Shown: positions 34,481 to 47,505, counted from the whole stretch's first letter. The stretch is 59,511 nucleotides of DNA, filler included, from Sphacelaria rigidula (GCA_964200075.2; 10 parts of 10 records of this genome joined end to end with filler, not necessarily neighbours in it); one strand, 5' to 3'. Made by a program: numbers and translations. The notes: generated from the letters alone by a model not told the origin.

Positions 34481-35776
34481 AGCACACGAGACTGTCAGCC
34501 CTACTAAATAACCGATTCTCCTCACACACACTTAAATCAAGTAATATCAAATATCAACCATGAGCATTCGATAATTTTAGCCCCAACGCCCAAAAAGAGG
34601 GCTAGGCGAATGTTGACTGTTGACACCTTGGAAAGACTGGCTCCACTCGTCGAGTTCCAGGGCACCGTTGCATTTTGCGGTGGCCACAGTTTATTTTTTC
34701 GCCAACCTTGCATTTTCAGTATCAGGGCGGGTCTTGACGCTTTTTTGTTATAAAATATGTGCGGTCGATTTTTTTGGCCTATCTCATAGGTCCACCGCAT
34801 GTATGTCCCTTGAAGGCTTCAACTCAAAATCATAATTAGCGGCGCGCGGAGAAGAATGCAACGAGGTACAGGCTGGTTCACGGTGATTACCCAAAATTGT
34901 GTCATCAGCAAATGCCTTCCGCAATACGCACCCAATAGTCGCATATATGGTATCATACTGACCGCAATGAAGAGACGAAGAGAGTGACATAGCCGGATTT
35001 TTTATAAAGGCTTTAGCGGTGGTGCCATGTACAAAAATGTGTCACGACCAATCAGCGCCCTTCAAACTGTTCCGAGATCAAAATTACGAATACCAAGCCC
35101 AATTTTCACCCAATTTCTACATGCTTCAAATCGTAGTAACCGTCATCAACACGGGAATCTAACGAGAAGAACATATTTTTAAAACGGATACTTCGGGGGT
35201 CGAATTATACCCGAAACCGTGATGTTTCGGTGATGTCGGGTGTTGGCGTCGTCTAATTTCCACTAATGATACGCACGAAAGACCCAGGGAGCCTCGTGAC
35301 GGTGTCCCCTGTATCTGTTGTAGATTAGCTCAGATCGCTCTCAAACTCGGCAGTTCCGTGGGTATTGATGCTCAAAATGGGAAAATAGTATTCTTGACAA
35401 CATATCATGTTTTCTCCGTTCTCTACCGGCTTCCGGGGGTCCCAGCATGAAGACCCCGGAAGGCGGTACAGAATGCCCTAAGAGTAAAATAATGAAATGA
35501 TGCGTCCCGGGAGAGTCCAAGGAACACATGTACAAAGTTTGGTGGAGAAACTCGAAAACCTCATACAGTTTTTCATGCCTTGACGTCAAATTCACCCCGA
35601 AAGACGTTTCTATACTAAAACCAAGTAGTTAGGAGTTGCACGTTTCAAGCCCACGTCCTCCTCAAACNNNNNNNNNNNNNNNNNNNNNNNNNNNNNNNNN
35701 NNNNNNNNNNNTTAATTAATTAANNNNNNNNNNNNNNNNNNNNNNNNNNNNNNNNNNNNNNNNNNNNCGCACTTAG

Positions 35777-35891
35777 CCGACTCTGTGAGCTTACAGCGCT
35801 GACCGAAACCGTCATTTTCCCTGCTATTACTCCCCTCAAAAAAGGGGGGGGAATGACGGTTTCGGTCAGCGCTGTAAGTTCACAGAGTCGG
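35777..35891. repeat. Hairpin with 40-bp arms (one mismatch) and a 35-nt loop
   Basis: CCGACTCTGTGAGCTTACAGCGCTGACCGAAACCGTCATT ... AATGACGGTTTCGGTCAGCGCTGTAAGTTCACAGAGTCGG. Confidence 0.9.
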
Positions 35892-37770
35892 TGAGCTGAA
35901 GACGTATCTACGCGATCGAGGGGCATTAGGCCGACAAAAACGACGTCATTAGGCACCATCGCTGAAAGTGTGGGGAAAGCAATGTTTTAGGCTTGAACCT
36001 CATCTCGGAGTTAAACCTCACTTCGCACAACTTGTTGTTCTATGGTAATGTTTCTCGATCGCCGTAAAAAATCATCAACCACCACATGCTCAACTACATC
36101 GACACATTTATCAGGGTCTAGTCAACTTCTGCAAAAAGCAGTAACGAGCTCTCTGTAAGATCAGCTGAGGGGTGCTCCAACGAATGTCGACAACTGGCTG
36201 GGTGAACCATGCTAATCATTTCTCGAAGCAACTCCAATACTCGCCCCCTTCACTATATTCTATACAACACACGTCAGGTCGGTCTTCCAAACTCGCAGTC
36301 AACTTCATACCAATCTCTCGAAAACAGTGTATACCCTTGCTCTGAGTTCAGTGAAATACCGTCAACACGTCAACCACCTCCATACCCAGTGGTATGACTA
36401 CGCTTGGCAACCAAACAAGAGGGATTTCGAAACCCCCCGCCCCGCCACATATGGGCCTACATGGTAACTTTGGGCGCGGTGCAGTACATTATTTACATGC
36501 GACCCCTTGCTTCTCGTAAGAGACCGTCTGCCGGGTTCCGATTTCTTAACCTTTCTCTTTTAATGGTCTGACAAGTACAAAACAGACAAACGAGATGTCG
36601 TGGTCACATTGTGCACGCATTGCGAGGGTATCGAAAAACTGCCCACGGAAGTGCATCGCAGCCACTAGAACTCTGATCCATAGCTGAATCTCTCGTTGAG
36701 AGAGCCGGGAAAACATAGGATAGCGTAAGGGATGGTCGCGTATGCTGGAAGCCCGCCTTTCGAACACCTCGGCGCCTCCTTGTGTGCATGGGTGACAAGA
36801 ATCCGGAAGAACTGCGGATGTTGTCAAGCCATGGTTTATACCAACAGCTCTTCTACATAGATTGCCCTGTGTCCAGCGCTTCCAATTTCAATTTATTTCG
36901 CTGTTCGTGACCTTGCCGTCTCGGATTTCGGTGGTGAACCCGGAGTGGTCTCGGCTGGGCCCTTCTACTCTAAAGTGAAAAGGTCTGATTGATTGATTGA
37001 TTGTCGCACTTGAAGTGATCCCCCAGGGGTCCAGCCGTGGTGTGCCCGTAACTTATTTTGTAATTTACACGTGGTATCTATCTTCCATGGTTCGAACGAA
37101 TCATCGCCGATTTGAACCACCAAATCCACGATTCCTTAGGCCTGATTGCTCGAAAGAGATAAAAAAAATGTCGACCGCTGGTCAAACAGGTCTCCACGCA
37201 ACTTTTGCGCCATTCCACGTGCCTGGGCTACGCGTACCTGGGTTGCAACGCTAAAAACAAAGCCCAAGACCGACTCTGATGGAAGCCGTTCAAATTCTTT
37301 TTTTCAAAACCTTTGAACAGGTGAACACAAAACGGATTATTATGGAACAAATCGTCAAGATTTTGACCTCCTGAATTCTGAACGGACCCAAAAACATTCC
37401 ACATTTTGGCCAAGCATTCAGAATTGGGGGACGATTCTGAACGCTTGAGGACCTGTCCGAAAGTTGGCACGAGAAGTGAAATGGGACTTGTCATGTTTTG
37501 TTGTATAACAGTACACGCAGAAGGTCTGCGTCTCTCTCATGCGCTGCACCTATCTCTGCACAACCGTGTATTCAAACCTTGTCTAACTTGTCCACTGTAG
37601 TCTCTGCTGGGTTACCTGAGCTGCAGCACTACTACTGTATTCCGAACAACTGCGGTTGGCAGGCAGTGCTCTCTTGCCCAAGTTGAAAATGCAATGCTGT
37701 TGACACGAAGGGATCAAATTTAACGTCACGCGGCTATTCATGGGCGCACAGGTGGTTTCCATCGCCATGA

Positions 37771-37978
37771 GTAGCCACGCGTGTGATACACTCGACGTGC
37801 ACAGCTCCCACAGTGAGATAGATGCGCACAGCTATACTTCCCAGCACTTCGCCGAGTGAGCAAGCATGAGCCCATCGGCGGGTAGTACGGACTAGCGGAT
37901 TCAAGCACGGTGGCTATCACGCGCAAGGTGGGTGGGAGTTGTCGCATGATCGAAACGCGATCTGTCTCTCGCACGAGG

Positions 37979-38012
<34 letters not shown>

Positions 38013-38627
38013 GTATTGGCACCGAACACAGGATCTTTCAAATTGGGGATGGATCTTTTATTGGGGATGAGAAACCCGGAGGATTAAAATCTTCGTATCA
38101 ACATCAAATCTTCGGAATATGGTCCCATTTCTTCACCTACTGATAGCTATTGACAACTGCTACACGCCATAGAAATTTGGATTTCGATTACCGAAGTTCT
38201 GGGGTCCTAGGTGAAAAAACAACTTCGGAACCATTTTGGCGTCCGTTCGGACACCCAGAATTCCCCAAAAGTGGTTTTTCACCTAGGACCCCAACACTTC
38301 GATGATCGAATTCCAAATTTCTACGGCATGTAGCAGTTGCCAATAGCTATTAGTAGGTTAAGAAATGGAATCATATTTTGAAGACTTGGTGTGGACACGA
38401 AAAGTTTAATCCTCCGGGTTCTCATCCCCAATGAAAGATCCATCCCTAATTTGGAAGATCCCGTGTTACTGGCTGATTCACACCCACCCCCAGCAGTACA
38501 CATCTACTGGTAGTAAAGATGCTGCTGCTATTACTTTTTCTCCTTTTCGTGTGGTAAATGATCTGTGCTTCGACCCGTGACAATGTCCATCACCCGGTGC
38601 ATTATTGCCTTCCTACTTCGAATCGAT
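37771..38627 (+). mobile_element. (CAG)n-containing foldback repeat, interrupted by a nested element; second copy at 55190-55665
   Basis: Colinear with the copy at 55190 on both sides of the 38025-38467 insertion. (CAG)9 here, (CAG)15 there. Confidence 0.8.
38025..38467. mobile_element. 443-bp foldback transposon, ~200-bp inverted arms, 4-bp TSD
   Basis: AACACAGGATC...GATCCCGTGTT, flanked by ACCG and ACTG. The empty site ACCG is at 55464-55467. Confidence 0.85.
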
Positions 38628-39058
38628 TGTGATTGTGTCTTGAAGCTAGGAGGTGTCAATGATCAAATCTGGGGTTCTATAGTTGCGGGTCTGATGAGCT
38701 TGACTAGGCCGGATGTGAGACTGATACAAAGGTACAGGCATGGGTCTTTCAGCCCTTTTGCGTCACTCGCCCGGGTGGAGCCGATTCTTAAGCCATTGCT
38801 ATAGCCGGAGAGCAGCTGAGAGAGCATTGAAAGGAGCGATAACGAATACGAGTGAACAAGAGTCTTTTGTATGAAGTGGGTGTAGCTTACTGCGTGAAGC
38901 TATTGTGGTGTTAGCTGATTTGAACACGTCTATAACCCGATGCCTTGTGAGGACAGAGCTGCCCGTGTTGGCCTTGGAAGTATCTGACCTCTGACCTGAC
39001 TGGCTTGCACCAAGAGAGTGCATTCCGCTTAACACTACAACAATTGGCGTTCGATTTG
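38628..39058 (+). mobile_element. Probable 5' LTR (38628-39042) and primer-binding site of an LTR retrotransposon
   Basis: Starts with TGT where homology to the host repeat stops and ends ...CTACAACA, followed by AT and TGGCGTTCGA (PBS geometry). No second LTR is available to confirm. Confidence 0.5.
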
Positions 39059-40080
39059 GAGTATCTGCTTGCTAGCTTGTTTTCCCTTTCCAGAGTAGAG
39101 CAGTTGTTTGCTTATTTACTGTCTGTACTGCCCTCTAGTTGCTGTTTTCCCCCTCTTGCTGCAGCTTTGTCTTGCATTTTGGTTTGTGAGTCATTTGCTT
39201 TTTCATTCGCTTGTTTGCTTTTTACAGTAGCCCACGGTACCGTACACGTGTACACACAGTTGCCCCAACGGGACGTTCTCTGCTGTTCGTTCCGTTCAGC
39301 GATTTTCAGCATTACACTTTCGCTTGAATCGCGTTTTGCACGCGCTCCTCAACGCGCCACCTCTACTGCGTTCGCACTGTCTCCTCTGCGACCTTTTCTT
39401 TGGCCGCGCAATTTTACTGTATTGGCCACCCGACTGTTAACCTGTACTCTGTTGCTTTTTCTCGGTACCAGAAACCTATCTGCCCCATTCTGTTTAACAT
39501 ACATACAATGTTTTCGGCAGATATCCCCGAATTTGCTCCACTTTCCCCATCCCATCTGCCCACACGTATTTACCCTCCTTTTTTTGGGCGGTGCACAGCT
39601 GCACTTAGTAGCTGCCGAATTGCTATTGTTACTTGCCGCTGTTTCCGTAGCGTGCGGCGTTGAAACTCGGCGATCGTGGTCAATCACGTACATTTTTGAC
39701 CCTGGCAGTTCGCCTTTGTCCACTGCCTCCGCCGCTTTTTGCGGGATGTTCCGCTGGACGATTTGTAATTGTCCCGCACCCACCCAGGCTACACTATTAC
39801 AGGCTGCCATTCCGATTTTTCTACCACTTTCCGGTTTCAAGTTGCATTTCAACCAGACATTCAGTGATTGCCTTTTATTGGTCTTGTGCCCCTGTGTTGT
39901 GGCTATTACATACCCTCTCGCACATTCGTGATCCAAAAAATAAGTAAATAAAAGAATGAAAGAAAAAACAATCAAACAAAATCAAATCAAATAAATAAAA
40001 TAAAATCACGTATTGGCTTTCGCTTCTTGCTTTGGGTTCTCTGAACGTGTCGCTCTGTAGACGCTGTATACGCTTCACCT

Positions 40081-41526
40081 ATGTCGCAACATATCACCAC
40101 CGCTTCTTCTCCCAACACGGGAGCTAAGCCGCCGCGTCGTACGCGGAGCCAAACGAAGGGATCTTCTCGTTTTTCCGGACCCGATGCTGATTCTTCTTCA
40201 GCCTCACAGAAAGCAGCCTCGAGCGCTGCTCGATCCATCGGTTTTGAGAACCAACCCGTGCAGTTCTCGTCGCCCCCTCCCAGCTCCGATTCCGATTATA
40301 GCTCGGATTCTCGTACCCTTCCGACCCTCCCTCATCATCCCACCCGTGACCACTCCTCACAGACACGCTCTGTGCCTCAACCCTTCACGGCGCCGGTGGC
40401 ACCCGTCGTAGCACACACCCCATCGGACGCAGCCGTCGACACTTGGCCCACCTTGACACACCCCGTGTCCCATCCCTCAACCACGCTGGTGTTACCCGTG
40501 GCCCCAACCCACCCCCCAACCACGCTGGTGTTACCCGTGGCCCCTACCCAACCCACGACCAAGCTGGTGGCACCCGTGGTCTCTACCCCACCCTCTGACT
40601 CTACTGCCAGCGCGAATATCGTCGTACAAGCTTCAGTCCAAGACCGTTCCGTCGTGCAGGTGGCACCCACGTCCGGACCCCCGACTGCTGGCACTACTGC
40701 CCGCGCTGCCCTACCGGCACACACTTTGCCTTCATCCGCGGCTACTTTTCGTGCCCCGGCTGATCATAATTTGTTGACAAATGTTTTGACTTCTGCTTTG
40801 CCCAACTCAGGACACCAGTCTTCGGCCCCAGCGGCTGCTTCTGGCATCAATCGGGAACCAGCCCCTGTGCCAGACGTTAGTATCGCCACAGCACTGCAAG
40901 TTCTACGCAATACCTTGCTCCGCTCTCCTTCGGCTTTCGCCGACATGCAAGCAGCCCACAGTGCACAGCCCCACCAGACCGCGCCCACCCCCACCGAACC
41001 TCGGCTTTCACCCACACCGTCACGCCCGCCTTCCCCCCGACACAACATAACCACCCCCGCTCGACGGATGACCGCGCGTGACGACAATTCGAGACATACC
41101 TCTCGTTCCTTCCGTATTTGTACTGGCTCAAGGCTTTCCTCACGTCGGCGCTCCCAACGTAATGATGTTACAGTGCACGCCGACGCCATGAGGGACATTT
41201 TTCCCGATCTTCCTTCTGCAGAGAAATCGTCTATTGCGCACTCCAGCGACCAACCGCCCTACGACTCACGCCATCGCAGCCGCCGTGCCCGACCCACACG
41301 CGATAGCTCTTCCCGCTCTGACGCGGCAGCCATCCCTTCCTTGCGGCGACAACTTACCGATTTACAGCGCACCGTACAAACACTTGTGGACAACCCCGTA
41401 TCTCCGCCCCCCACCGCGCCCCCCAAACCCACAGCTTTTGCTGCCCCGGCCCCAGCTCCCGCTGCCGCCACCGTCGCCGACACTGACGCTGACAGTGGTA
41501 CCCATATTGGCTCCGGAGTCCCTTGA
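40081..41526 (+). CDS. Intronless 481-aa Pro/Ser/Thr/Ala-rich ORF, probably a retroelement gag-like N-terminal region
   Basis: Longest ORF in the window, ATG start, 1 kb downstream of the putative LTR/PBS. Contains a 13-aa repeat (PTTLVLPVAPTH-like, x3) and a short coiled coil (LRRQLTDLQRTVQTL). No catalytic motif. Confidence 0.5.
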   Translation: MSQHITTASSPNTGAKPPRRTRSQTKGSSRFSGPDADSSSASQKAASSAARSIGFENQPVQFSSPPPSSDSDYSSDSRTLPTLPHHPTRDHSSQTRSVPQPFTAPVAPVVAHTPSDAAVDTWPTLTHPVSHPSTTLVLPVAPTHPPTTLVLPVAPTQPTTKLVAPVVSTPPSDSTASANIVVQASVQDRSVVQVAPTSGPPTAGTTARAALPAHTLPSSAATFRAPADHNLLTNVLTSALPNSGHQSSAPAAASGINREPAPVPDVSIATALQVLRNTLLRSPSAFADMQAAHSAQPHQTAPTPTEPRLSPTPSRPPSPRHNITTPARRMTARDDNSRHTSRSFRICTGSRLSSRRRSQRNDVTVHADAMRDIFPDLPSAEKSSIAHSSDQPPYDSRHRSRRARPTRDSSSRSDAAAIPSLRRQLTDLQRTVQTLVDNPVSPPPTAPPKPTAFAAPAPAPAAATVADTDADSGTHIGSGVP

Positions 41527-44500
41527 ACACGACACTTTCTACGATAGCCCCCCCCCCCAAAGTGCATGGTTTTGGGAGGCAAAATTTTCCCGTAAATCGA
41601 AATGGAAAACGCCGAGCACCACGAGAAGNNNNNNNNNNNNNNNNNNNNNNNNNNNNNNNNNNNNNNNNNNNNTTAATTAATTAANNNNNNNNNNNNNNNN
41701 NNNNNNNNNNNNNNNNNNNNNNNNNNNNCTTTGTAGGGATGCGAAGTCAATGGTCTGATGACTCCGGCATGCATGATCATGAGTACAACCCCCCCCCCTT
41801 GCGCGCGCGCAGCTCGTGAGGCGGCCCCGCTGGAGGTGCCGCCGAACGCGAGAAAATTGGGATACATGGCTTCATTCTATATACCCATCGAAATTGGCCC
41901 AGTCAAGGACTCCCAGCCTACAGTGGGAGGAAACATGTCCAGATTCGACAAAACCCGATAGTCACACCGCGCGTCTTCTGGTGTTATCGAAATGGTTTCG
42001 ATGCGATAACGATAACGATATTTCGATATGACATATCGAAACTTTCGATGCGATATTCAACACTAACGTCAGGACCCATTTCGGATCCCAGCTAAAACGC
42101 CTTTTCAAGGCTCGGCATCTCTCAGCCTTTTCATTCGTTGCCGTAAGAAGTGGTCAAATAATAAAACACTCATATTTTTGGGCCAACGGATATTGACGAC
42201 AGCGTTTTGTTGACGGTGATTTTTGTTCGCAATGGAAGCGGCCCAACCAAAACCTGAGCCGTGCGTGGCGACGATATCTGCAGACATTCGCACCAAGATT
42301 GCTCTGCATACCAACTTCCATACAACTTGGGGTTTTAGCGTTTCGACTTCACAATTTGAACGACCATGAACCACGGAATGAGACCTTCATCGTTTTTCTT
42401 CTCGCCCCAGGAGTTATACACTCAGACAATTTGGGCAAACCCGGATTACTTTTCTTGAAGGGAAATATATAAGAAGAACATATTGTATACAATAACTGAT
42501 ACAAAAATTGCAAGCAGGGCGGCGCGACTTTCACGACACCAACTGGGCGGATTCCTCAGCTGAGTGGCTCAGCATGACCACCGAAACGAGCCAACTACAA
42601 TGATTTGCTCAGCTTGCCCTGACTCAGTGCCGTTCGAGAGATACCATCTCATGAAATGATATCTTCTTGACCGGCATAGCCTGCATCAGTGAGCAGGCAA
42701 GGTCCGTCGCCGCATTAGCTATTGCATGACGCCCGCTGCCGACTCCGCGGCTGCGAGGAACGGCTCCGCTGCCGCACCCTCGCCCGCTGGGGCACCATTT
42801 TTGCCCAACCCGACCCCTCACCCAAGCCTTGAGTGGTAAGGTCTAGTTCCTAATTTCTCTCACTTATGTTCCGTAGTTGCCGAATTCAGATGAGGGCACG
42901 CACGCAGACAGTCGAAGGCGATGGTTGAGGGATATAAAGTAGATATACGGACACGCCAACCCTACCCCTAACCCCAACCGTGAAACGTGATATGACATCA
43001 TAGAGAGGTCTTTGCGCCAACCACGTGTACGTATTTCGAGTCTAATCGTAGCTTTCGACTGTTATTCAAGTCTACTGATTCGGGTTGGGCGCTGAAATAT
43101 GCGAATTTGCCGTCCATGTCCCAAGTTACAACATGATAAATGCTCTGTTGGTCGATTATATTGGCTCGGTGCTACATTTTCGCTTGTGCATAGCTGAAAA
43201 AGATAACTACGTGCGGGCCCTTCTCGCATCGCGCCAGCTCTTAACGCTTATCCAAGTTCGTTTCTATGTCCACACGATGACTATTGGGGGAACATTGTTT
43301 CACTGATATACATCGCGTACATGATTCGGGAGTAAACACAACGAAGCATGTCGACGACCGCCATTTACTGCGGTAGGGCAGCGAGAATGTCAAGTACTGC
43401 GGGAACCGTAGTAAATTGATCTACCGATGCGGTAGGCTGTCGTTCCGCTCCGCACGTGAACGTACTGCGCTTTCAGGAAACCGTTTGGCCATGATGCCGA
43501 GCGACACACGATGAAGTCGGCAGAGGCAAACAAAGTAGAGACAGTATTCCTTAACATTTCCACCGGTAGAATAATTTTTGTTCCGTGCATGCTTAGTGTT
43601 TGCCCAATGTAACAAAATACTACATCGTACCGCATTGCACTAAAAAAATATCAACGGACCGCGTACGGCTGTGATGACGCGAAAATCAAATATTATGTAC
43701 CTTATACGGTAACCGACTCAAGCACCGCACATGTCCGCGTACAGACAGGAGAAGAACCCCTTACTCCGTGTAGAAATCTACGTTCAGCATGGGTGTATTT
43801 CAGCACGAAAAGTAGATAGCCGGACGTTCACCGTGTATTTCGTTCAACCCCAAGAACGATAATCGGGTCCCTCACGAAGAATGTAGCTGCAAGAGCTAGT
43901 ATGCCTGAGTGAATGCGTGAAGTGGGCAATGGGCCCATGAACGCTTTGAACGTTGACGTTCGTGTAATTGTCGCGGCCGCGTTGCATGCGAAGGTCAACT
44001 AACGGGCTACCTGGTTGAAGCCTTTGTCGTGAGTGAAGCGTATGGTACTTTTTCTTGTCCCGGCACACTTGACACCCCCCACCTTCCTCGGGAAGAGTCC
44101 GTGCTCTCAAAGAACCGATTCACCCCCCCCTCTAACACATGCCTTACATTTGGTCTCGCGGATTGGATAAGCACTCCCGATCTGCGTCGACTGTCGTCGA
44201 ACAAACTCGGTGAACCCTTTCTGCTACCCACGTCCTCGTGCCTTCAACGATGATGTGAGATACGAGATCTCGAAGAAAAAACGGTAGATGGGTATGAAAG
44301 GCATCGTCTTATTTTAGATAGCTAATGGCCCAAGAGCACTATTGCTCAGATTTGCACCTTTTTGCACGCTTTCAAGTTACGCAGCAAAGGTGACGGTCTA
44401 CTAATGAACGCCCTAGTTGCCAGGCTGACAGGGGTCACCAGCAAAATCCTTCACTCTTTTTTGACCGGAAACGTAAACCCGATACAGTGCTAACGACTCA

Positions 44501-44619
44501 CCTGCAGTACATCAGTAGTACACCAAGCGCGGCGCTGGCACACATCTACGCACCCCCTTGCTGCACTTCTAGAGGGAAAGCTCGAACAATTTCTCGCACC
44601 CTCCATCCACAGCGGCGTC

Positions 44620-45200
44620 GATGACACTCAGGATCATCCGGAGGGAAACCCATAGCGAGGCACCATCTAAGAACCGACAGGTGACCACCCCCAGCGGCTT
44701 TCGTTCACGTCTCTTCGTCCCATGGACACCTGGAGGCCCCACCCCATCTGGGAATCCACACCGTTTGAGAATCTCGAGGTATCCTCGTCCCACAGCAGGA
44801 GCACAGGTTGTGGCGTTCCAGAGGCAGTCGTTGTCTTTGCATTCGAGATGCCCCCCCCCGTCCGTCTCAAGGCAAGTTGACTCGTCCCACGGGCAGTCAT
44901 CGCCCTTGGAACACTTGGTTACTTCGAGCTGCCCATCTGCCGCAGCTTTACAGGAGGTTTCCGCACCATGTCAAGGGAACTCGCGCTCCTTACACCGCTT
45001 CATTACGTCTAAGTTGACAAATTTCGCAGCTTCCCAGTAGCACATCTCGTCCCGTATCCCAACACTTGGTATTTGCTTATTACTCTCCTACATTCACGCG
45101 TTCACCCCCACCAGCAAACTCGGCGATGGTGCGTAGGTAGACAGGGCTATCGAATTCGTTCAACCACTCCAGCGCGTCGACATACCCCATTCTCCTGCCA
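44620..45200 (-). pseudogene. Decayed CPWD-type ankyrin-like repeat protein
   Basis: Hand translation across frameshifts and stops: GYVDALEWL / DEMCYWEAAKFVNLDVMKRCKEREFP* / ETSCKAAADGQLEVTKCSKGDDCPWDESTC..GGGHLE / DCLWNATTCAPAVGRGYLEILK / CPWDEET*TKAAGGGHLSVLRW. Confidence 0.85.
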
Positions 45201-46229
45201 TACTCCCGACGCTTAGCTCCCAACGGTAGCACCGCAGCTGCGTCTCCCCACGGCTAGCTAGTGCGCGTGAAGGTTGGCTTGGTGATGAGCGCTGGAATTT
45301 TCCTGGGGTCAACGTCAAGAACATATTTGTCAGAACTTATTCCCGATATTCTGCGCAAGCTCATTGATAGACTCAGCGAAACCGCACGTATCGGCGTTCA
45401 GTCGCAAAAATGAATGACTACCCTGCTGCTACCGGTGCCCAACAGGTGCTATTTACTGTGGTTCTACATCGACAATTGGTTCTAATTAGAGTTCTCTGCC
45501 AACACCTTGGTTCTAAATTTGCTATCCCCATGATGGATACAACCTCCGTTCTGGCGTCCGAATGCAGCTTATTTTGTGCCATCAGATGACACGGGCCTTG
45601 CTTTCTATTTCAGCCTTTATCCTCCTCCAGCTCACTCCCGGCGTGAGAGCTTTTGTTCCTCGAGGTACGCGCATATGAACACATACTCAGATTATGAAAC
45701 ATGCGTTTTGCACACGTCATGAAAGAGTTGCAGCAGATTCAATCATGTGGTGGACGCGATTGTGCTCTGTAGTCGACTAGCCACGCCACATCCGTGTGCT
45801 CTGTTCGAACATTTTGCCACCACTGTCGTTTTCGTATGAAGTGATACTGGAGAGGAGGTCGCGGGCGTCATCAATCAGGATATTTCTGAGATTTCGCGAC
45901 TCCAGTACTTTTCTCATCTGGACAGACAAGTCACTTTTGTCAGAGGGGCAATAGACGAAAAGGGATACACCCTCATATTCCCCGGAAGAAGGTACACTAT
46001 ATATTGGCGAAAAGGATACATAGCAGGGGGGGAACTAGGCCTCCGCTCGTGTCGGCGTTCAGCCGTCGGCGGCAGGGAGGCGCCCGCAAGGGCCTCCAGA
46101 CGCCTTCCGAAAAAAATCGAAGCCATTTTTGCCTCAACCTTTCTCCGGGCCTCGTTTCGGTACCATATTCCGGCTGATACACCCGTGGACATGCAACCAT
46201 GTACTGTCAGTCCAGTGAAAAAAATGCGC

Positions 46230-46600
46230 AAGTTGCAATACAGACTACAGTTCTGTCTGCACTGTCTGTATGCAGCATGATGTAAACGAAAATAAACAAG
46301 GTGCAGTGCAGACAGTAGTCTGTCTATCCTGTCTTCATACAGAATAATGAGAACATATTTGAACAGCCTGCAGTACAGACAGTACAGACAGTACACACTG
46401 TACAGTACACACTGTACAGTCTGCGTATAAAACGGTGTAAACATATTTGAATGTCGGGCAATACAGGCTATACAGCTTTCTGTACTATCTACATGCAGTA
46501 GGATGTAAATAGTACTTGAACAAGGAGCAGTACAGACAGCACAGTATTTTCTGCGTAGTAGGATGTAAATGACAGTTTACACACAGTAGTACAGCGGTCT
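46230..46600. repeat. Low-complexity CAGTACAGA-type degenerate repeats
   Basis: Recurrent CAGTACAGAC and CTGTACAG words; GTAGGATGTAAAT is duplicated. Confidence 0.7.
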
Positions 46601-47077
46601 GCGGGCAATAGATACTGGCACCGCGGTGAAGGCGGCGATGCAAGGGAGAAGATGAGTGATGCTGACCCCACACGCATTTGCGAGACGTCATTCCTAATCT
46701 ACGTTCACTAGGGCGATATATTGTGTGACGAAGTGTGGACGATGAACCACCGAGGGTCGTCTTTGGAGGATGCGATCGACCAAATAGAAGCGCCAATGAA
46801 TGAAGAAGCGCCAGTGATCGTGGCCCAGAAAGTTGATATAGGAGTGCTTAATTAACCGTACAGTAGTACGCGGTTAGTTAGATAGCGGTCGCCAGCGAAG
46901 TTTGATTTTGGGGTCAAGCACTTGATGATAGTTCGCGATAACCTCCAGTCTCTTCCAGGAGGCGTCGAAGAATTGCCGCGGAGGTCTGCAAAAATACACG
47001 AAAAGAGAAACAAGCGCACCTGCCCGGGGAACGTCTGGGCATGCATACGAAAATCGATCGACACAGGAACGTTATCG

Positions 47078-47505
47078 TCAGGTACACCTCCCTACCCAAA
47101 GCATCCACCCGTGGAAGCGTGCTCAGCAGGTGCCCTGATGGCGGTCTGCGCTTTTTGTAAAGGTTGCCAGTAGCTAGCCGCGGAGCAACCGGTGTTGTAA
47201 CTTTTTCCTCGCGGCAAACAAGCGTCAAGTCCGCTTTCGGGAATAAATACATCCCCGTCTCGTTTTTGCCTAATAAAAGTACGAAAAATGGCCAGAAACG
47301 CGAAAACAGCCAAACACGCCATTTCGACCGTTTTCGCTCCGGATTTTACACGCACATCGTTCCCGAGGGGGGCATTGGCACCCGGGACTCGAAAAAAAAC
47401 GGAAAAAAAACGTGTTACTCGAGAGATATGGACACGCGAAAACGGACATTTCGCCGGCAGAAATCAATCCCTTTTGTAGGCCACATTTCGCCGAGGTATA
47501 CCTGA
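47078..47505. mobile_element. Putative MITE with short TIR TCAGGTA(C/T)ACCTC
   Basis: 13-bp inverted ends with one mismatch. Only one copy in the window. Confidence 0.4.

Noticed and set aside
38690..38720. Hammerhead ribozyme core CTGATGAG in the putative LTR (also checked 9646, 16732 and 57521)
   Set aside because: There is no correctly placed GAAA after a stem II and no supporting stems I/III.
39005..39975. 308-aa (+) and 208-aa (-) ORFs
   Set aside because: They have non-ATG starts, composition driven by T/C-rich sequence and no motifs. This is most likely a retroelement leader.
42726..42835. Possible first exon MTPAADSAAARNG...SLEW with a gtaagg donor
   Set aside because: It is short and low-complexity, with no partner exon or motif to support it.
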